Assembly: GCA_008369845.1 (NCBI GenBank)
Contig: MRSU01001520.1
Span: 1-49,912 of the forward strand
Source: Trichomonas gallinae
Taxonomy: Eukaryota
Length of the DNA stretch: 49,912 nt
Direction: 5' to 3'
This document shows positions 47,701-49,912 of this stretch, piece after piece (position 1 is the stretch's first letter; each line of letters begins with the position of its first letter). The position numbers were made by a program, and so were the translations under genes. Under the pieces are notes generated by a model. It was not told the origin of the DNA, did not search any database, and saw only the letters and a program-made list of their open reading frames with translations.

Positions 47701-49912
47701 CAACATCAACACCACAACACTTCAAATTTAACCTTTCTGATTCATTGAGTAGTATCGAATCCGCTGACTTGACAACTGAACAGATTGAACAGAAACGTGC
47801 TCAATATCAGCAGAAGCTGGCAGAAGAACGTGGAGATTCTGAGTATTCAGAGTCAATCTCTCTCTTATCTCCAACACAAGCATGGAGGTTGCACGACCGC
47901 AACTTGAACTTGTCTAACATTACTGCTGAGTCAACTATTTCCGTTGGCACTGAGAAAGTCGCTGCTTTATCATTGAGTCCATCTTCATTGGCATCGAAGC
48001 CATTTTCGGAAACAATTGGCTACAGCACAATCACAGCAATTGAATCAGACAGTGGCTACAAGCATAAGAATTCTAAATTCAGAGGCGATGAATCGTCAAG
48101 AAGACCAAATGATGGACCAGACTCTATTACATCTACACAAAACAATTTCTCTGAATTATCATCAGATTTATCATCAGTCACATCAAAGAGTCAGCAACAA
48201 TCAAAGCACGAACAAGAGAATTCTGAAATCGAATCCGAAGATCGTCCAATGGGCAGACAAGTTAAACTTAACCAGTCGAACTCATCAACGATGACAATCA
48301 AGGACAAGACATTCCATGCGAATGAATCTGAATCCGAATCCTCAATGCAGTCGCTCAATTCTAGAAGATATGGTGCATATCCATCTGACAGCATTTTGGA
48401 GTCACTCGTCAGTGAAATTGAGATTAAAAAGAGGAAAAGAGCTGCCAAAGAGAAAGCAACTAAATCTCACAAAGCAGCTGTTGCTCCAGAAACTTATGAT
48501 TCTGATTTTGGCGACTTAGAAGATCTCACATCTAAAACAACAACTGCAACATCTCAAAATCAGTCTAAATCAGCGCATGAACACGAAAATGAACCAAGCA
48601 GCGAAAAGATCCAAAAGCAGAGAGATGCTAAACCACAGTCAAACTCTTCTACAGTTAATATTGCAACTTCTGATTTGTCTTCTGAACATGAGACAGAAGC
48701 ATCTTCAATTTCTCTTAACTCACAACGAATTGATGTCTATGATGACAGTCAGATGGAATCATTAATGAGCGAAGTTGCCATGAAGAAGAAGCACAGGAAG
48801 CAAGACGAAACACAAAAGAAGGCACTAAATCGCCATGATTCACCTGCTTCAATTGTTTCCGATCAAATCGGAATCTCAGAAATTTCTTCAAATACAGAAA
48901 CAGTTTCATCTCAAAACCAGTCCAAATCTGTCCACGAAAAGGCAGATAGCTCAATAATCGAAGTTTCTCGAGACATGAAGATCAAGTCTGATTCAACAAC
49001 ATTCAACATGCAGTCCAAGAAGTTCAGAGTGGAAGATTCCACTTCTGAGAGCGAATCAGTGACTTTGAACTCAGAGAGAGTTGATGTTATGTATTCTAGC
49101 CACCCAACCTCGATCACCGAAAAGAGGTATTACGAAAGTTCTTACTCAGAATCTACTGCTCCATCATTGAATTCTGAAAGAATTGATGCTATGGATACAA
49201 GTGATATGGAATCACTGATGAGTGAAGTTGCTCAAAAGAAGAAACCCCGCAAGGAATTTGAAGAGAGCAAATCCAGAAAGCTGAAGATGATGAATGAACC
49301 AGAATCAATTGATTCTAAACAATCGGCAATATCCGAATTATCATCTCATAGCTTCACAGTATCTGGCGTTAGTCAGAGCTCTTCCAAGCATGAAGCTCCT
49401 CCATCAATGGAGTCTGATATTGAAATCAGACGTGAAATCAAGGCTGATCTGACCAAATCAGAGTCGGTTTCATACAAGTTGGAGTCAATCAGAGAAAAGC
49501 AAATTAATGAATCTATTTCTGAATCAACAGCTGATTCATTGAATTCTAAGAAAATTGATGTTATGGATTCAAGTGATATGAATTCATTGATGAGTGAGGT
49601 TGCTCAAAAGAAGAAGAAATCAAGAACAGCAGATGATGTGCAACAACAACACAAACAACTTAATTCTCCTGAATCAATCAGTTCTTCTAAGAAGGATGTA
49701 TCTGAACTTTCTTCACATTCTCAAACGATTACATCTCAAAGCATGAGCAAGTCAATTCATGAGCAAGAGAACTCAATCAGTTCAGAAATCCAAGAGCCTA
49801 GCGAACTTAGGCAAGCTCAAGGATGTAACTCAGAATCCACATCATTCAAGATGAAGAGCGAACGGAAGGAAGACGACAATGAATCATCCACAATTGATGA
49901 ATCTTCTATCAC
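38757..49912 (+). CDS. Giant Ser/Thr/Asp/Glu-rich repetitive protein, 3'-truncated by the window (at least 3,718 aa), with predicted N-myristoylation
   Basis: ATG GGA AAC TTA ACT TCC at 38757 (MGNLTSSVSDTEVSSYIEKEAFW...). The same frame reads open at the window end (...RKEDDNESSTIDESSI) and at every internal point checked. The track lists no ORF in this frame, as expected if no stop is reached. Confidence 0.88.
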   Translation, partial: MGNLTSSVSDTEVSSYIEKEAFWTDIETKSKSNFQQITDELQSKSNNCKYFLVFSQGSKSNPRIVSTKHLTVCFITKYTKNIPQLSYLISEFKGERYISIHLDESSFYNITNYVNKTRFFLNTDDFIQRICSLANNYDDILNQFIMDASKEIIIDIPQFAYASPINIDFSNLENSIESTSDIASEFQNDIINQVENNQIQSVELQNLDISSSFADPIPDSDTKPVTKKKVKKVKSQARSVIPTNRPLSPEPTVSFGVYDSKSTKGFSDLAPLSVAPNSQISNFVPPKHQDSILFTPDQSTFADKLSVAKSHIGSVLELQIDEPEPVEEEFNENVKKPQLRKKKQKRQTECVEIEEPEINNIDSIDDMMIQTLSDIPNADLMKLEKEERRNKIIQDLDQLVTLTDGYFDKKKSSHDDSSELMGLTEVKPLRKGDQMIFRDMDLLNSSSIDMSINEETKAKKKIVGSYLTNRKKSKNNKISLDARSRKAADDMNKSLERVLNDEKRNKQQSFYKSARKNFYESGEDVMDDDASVEDDMMSVKSIKYHVNTSAENKSKSSLKTKKNNESSESDESDSDDFELTEKKISITRKRPTSTAASLASRKDKYRSSSLDDSETKPLRSKFTSTKNRSGSADDSDAGTLRSRGFNNKSGTADNRSIRSKSADKYKGDDIDDDDQTIKSKSANKCKGTNDYDNKSIRSKSQSKKNNESDDDDDFDITIKSRKSSFKPNKYSEALEEESDDEELPTKPVQSLRKQHEGRKTPRSRKGFDQDDDDSTLRTKSSKKSKAKDEISYGNSIRSRNKYESEDDFDADDDKTIRSKYGTKDNKSYDNNSTTMKSRYQFSRESNDFDNISLTTLKSRTGTKDDVSYGTNNSTIRSRNKSRMEDENNYDESTIRSKSRAGVNDEMTFGGNTVSVKSWNKFAFKESADNGVDSRKHSKGTSTISGTKNTRINNKSTFDDTAMDDTLLSKINEQIESISEDDFDDRSVRSKARKSGTQTAERDMNSLNSRKSMKNNQEFDADTNYETIISRINENVTSITDTSNDTTLKSYARRNGTESRDVVQESLISHRQTVNSRTPTQQGSINTLIYRAHNRKSTDDDYDDNTMISRRHRTQNTVTGSEISTIRTGSRTRLTGTEDADNEADSIYTRNVSRKERDYSSKLTGTFGTRTYNRHDQSDSTVDDTLISKMRSQLDSSSSDDGQESVMTRNRMTGAEYVSVAPESVVSLRHSHKDSTMSTKDQSKSINSQLYQPQHRRTDESSTQDSIISRIRQHLDTDVDENVTVETRKWTRDPTSSQSISGTINSRRATKSGTEFDADISTMRTFENNFDNTRTDSNPSSLLTMKHFRQGTESTTLEDLSTLNNDRRSTTSSLPYLTTLGSERYVGDLSSTDFDLPNLHTLSVYRSESESLDMSDDDLVSKNRKQKSSTKSEIQSITTFQNSQSKDVSSTSTTINTIDSVRNPRAPSSSVSKTVELNTAMTYSETSGRESQMDSLVSDARRKGRPTSRTTEDFTIQTENGTFSSKTTSSMMDNSINSNLRSVSTKSASTIPSTMMTAESDAYSNMSEDEMTDTLESDARRKRNARDRTSESINIQSNLSAFTEPSQSKTSEGITINSLLVIGRSSSSTIGESTIHTMSQLSEESSTVSLSDLESLDSEVGRRKKKERETEQFSIMSRQSNLFSDRSSSTTSTGMTVHSQYMQARSSSTSSMINTMKTESYFDSETETNSLSDIESLESEVGRKKRKERETEQFSVTSRQGNLFSDYPRSTTSEGMTINSALVSHQSSTREMESTIESLKEESSSNIASLSDLESLETEPGRRKKLKSEMSESIQMSSVKGNLFSDVSTTTDTSRIVSNNSANYNVSQDSSRIFGSVKSMRMDSSTSESASTMETLDSEKRLRGLTSEQEVSSINTLVSTKEKLFQDHPSYISDSTASQSNVTHGGFSDVSTESNHDSIYSRKDVAYIPDSSGVTIDTLDSRIEDDSQQSMFSELDSIRSRAGRRNQQPRADSHMSMTGSESSNLSSRFSTNSESLADTSIESRMFVQAESRSELSSLNSNLDRFESTSDVFVSDVVSVMSNRKQNQPKDVSVSSKSETFTLMSGRSNFEESTTTGGDIESRMMKPVTEESTMSEIESRIGSEPVSTSQKQVSVISRQNPFKQDVYVSEISADISNHSRLFNSDVSTDKAGESIESKVEKRYLIDSNQSAKDLSLSSKQVDDSELQSLESLPVGDSELASIKAPAPEDKTAVDRELTSQISIRPTDKSELSTKESSSMNGTFGIESKVDIKSQIGSQRVEVSTSLQLKTSSSSHNVSDSRVSKRSLMTKADSSTEAKLTSDGKSLVTGEQSTEQNLTTSTINIVSQANEKSSSSAIIGTLTSDISSGPSDSGQFIDSLVSEVEMRKRRELESSANDEISELRSRPDDQEFEQSTMSDLDSRRYQSDSQQDSNVIERNAKFSSMGSKSATSAQTLLKTDISESLKTEEMVSDSILDSLVSDYSQKKKAKKDASDSNASRLSSKTFPQSELGQYTESDINIVSRANLKTQKSSMSESIAITSATETSIETDSVLESLVSEVSRKRANKSSVGDSSIKTNKSVSMSFTDSLSDIISQVNAKNISESESSSSMTLKTSRYESDQTATIIESLQTEGLVHPREGDSVSADMRSRGFDPSTLSPTGQSIISIIKARSKESASTTDADLTSQFEHTSILTDEQLESLVSSARFRKHRSTVSNNSIKSRRGDTSNSASSDFNLMSKHMMLDSEPTMDEEPSTSFTSRSKSYRSQPEVSESLISFNRRNKKEDGSMIDSLQSRGNHDSFTSRLESVNTRAEPNSDVESVSTSTLLDSERFSTTADSLSTEHSKKLDVEVEKRKQKVDTVDDGIVQAGQAMLLLESEKSTTSSFWSSSIQSKQNKGTDSSASSVESLNSVAIDGIRDVIQGDSSIIDNKSLDERDIIRNQNSSDYYSYSSEYSCGPETINLDTTSTPQHFKFNLSDSLSSIESADLTTEQIEQKRAQYQQKLAEERGDSEYSESISLLSPTQAWRLHDRNLNLSNITAESTISVGTEKVAALSLSPSSLASKPFSETIGYSTITAIESDSGYKHKNSKFRGDESSRRPNDGPDSITSTQNNFSELSSDLSSVTSKSQQQSKHEQENSEIESEDRPMGRQVKLNQSNSSTMTIKDKTFHANESESESSMQSLNSRRYGAYPSDSILESLVSEIEIKKRKRAAKEKATKSHKAAVAPETYDSDFGDLEDLTSKTTTATSQNQSKSAHEHENEPSSEKIQKQRDAKPQSNSSTVNIATSDLSSEHETEASSISLNSQRIDVYDDSQMESLMSEVAMKKKHRKQDETQKKALNRHDSPASIVSDQIGISEISSNTETVSSQNQSKSVHEKADSSIIEVSRDMKIKSDSTTFNMQSKKFRVEDSTSESESVTLNSERVDVMYSSHPTSITEKRYYESSYSESTAPSLNSERIDAMDTSDMESLMSEVAQKKKPRKEFEESKSRKLKMMNEPESIDSKQSAISELSSHSFTVSGVSQSSSKHEAPPSMESDIEIRREIKADLTKSESVSYKLESIREKQINESISESTADSLNSKKIDVMDSSDMNSLMSEVAQKKKKSRTADDVQQQHKQLNSPESISSSKKDVSELSSHSQTITSQSMSKSIHEQENSISSEIQEPSELRQAQGCNSESTSFKMKSERKEDDNESSTIDESSI
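40590..41450 (+). repeat. Degenerate coding repeat, about 13 copies of acidic-x-[TS][IL][RK]S[RK]
   Basis: DAGTLRSR, DNRSIRSK, DDQTIKSK, DNKSIRSK, DITIKSR, DSTLRTK, GNSIRSR, DKTIRSK, LTTLKSR, NSTIRSR, ESTIRSK. Confidence 0.8.
43233..44680 (+). repeat. Degenerate ~240-bp (79-81 aa) coding tandem repeat, about 6 units
   Basis: Anchor motif [DE][ST]L[VED][ST][DE] followed by basic residues at 43233, 43470, 43713, 43956, 44193 and 44433 (spacing 237-243). Units 3 and 4 share LSD[LI]ESL[DE]SEVGR[RK]K[KR]KERETEQFS. Confidence 0.85.

Noticed and set aside
39520..49117. About 30 short ORFs listed across 39.5-49.1 kb
   Set aside because: All are off-frame or antisense shadows of the single giant ORF starting at 38757.
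1..49912. Maverick/Polinton, mariner or Mutator elements; tRNA or rRNA genes
   Set aside because: No transposase, integrase or polB ORF, long terminal inverted repeats, cloverleaf or rRNA-like GC-rich segment was recognised by eye; small ncRNAs cannot be excluded without Infernal or tRNAscan.

Overview
Eukaryotic, AT-rich, gene-dense and apparently intron-free DNA from a trichomonad, most likely Trichomonas vaginalis or a close relative. This rests on a BspA-like TpLRR surface protein, an IBP39-like initiator-binding protein, TCA(C/T)T initiator elements just upstream of start codons, and TAAA poly(A) signals overlapping stop codons. There are about 24 protein-coding loci: BspA-like, radial spoke head, bromodomain, MLH3-like MutL, an atypical DHHC acyltransferase, calnexin, a USP, HVA22/REEP, profilin, a HAD phosphatase, CEP164-like, TEX261/Svp26-like, a tail-anchored Hsp20/Sel1 protein resembling hydrogenosomal TOM receptors, a stand-alone RIIa domain, IBP39-like, ArfGAP and several orphans. 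The ORF track misses a giant ORF (at least 3,718 codons, 38757 to the window end) with a myristoylation motif and internal repeats. The most notable unexplained signals are non-coding: (1) a 10-bp motif TTACRTGNCA found 14 times, always upstream of genes and clustered 5x in the IBP39-like/ArfGAP divergent promoter; (2) an identical 14-mer TACTAACGTATAAT at the starts of two likely flagellar genes; (3) a triplicated GGG(G)-ACACCA-CCCCTA element in another divergent promoter. No tRNA, rRNA, CRISPR array or recognisable transposon was seen. All calls are by eye, with no database searches.
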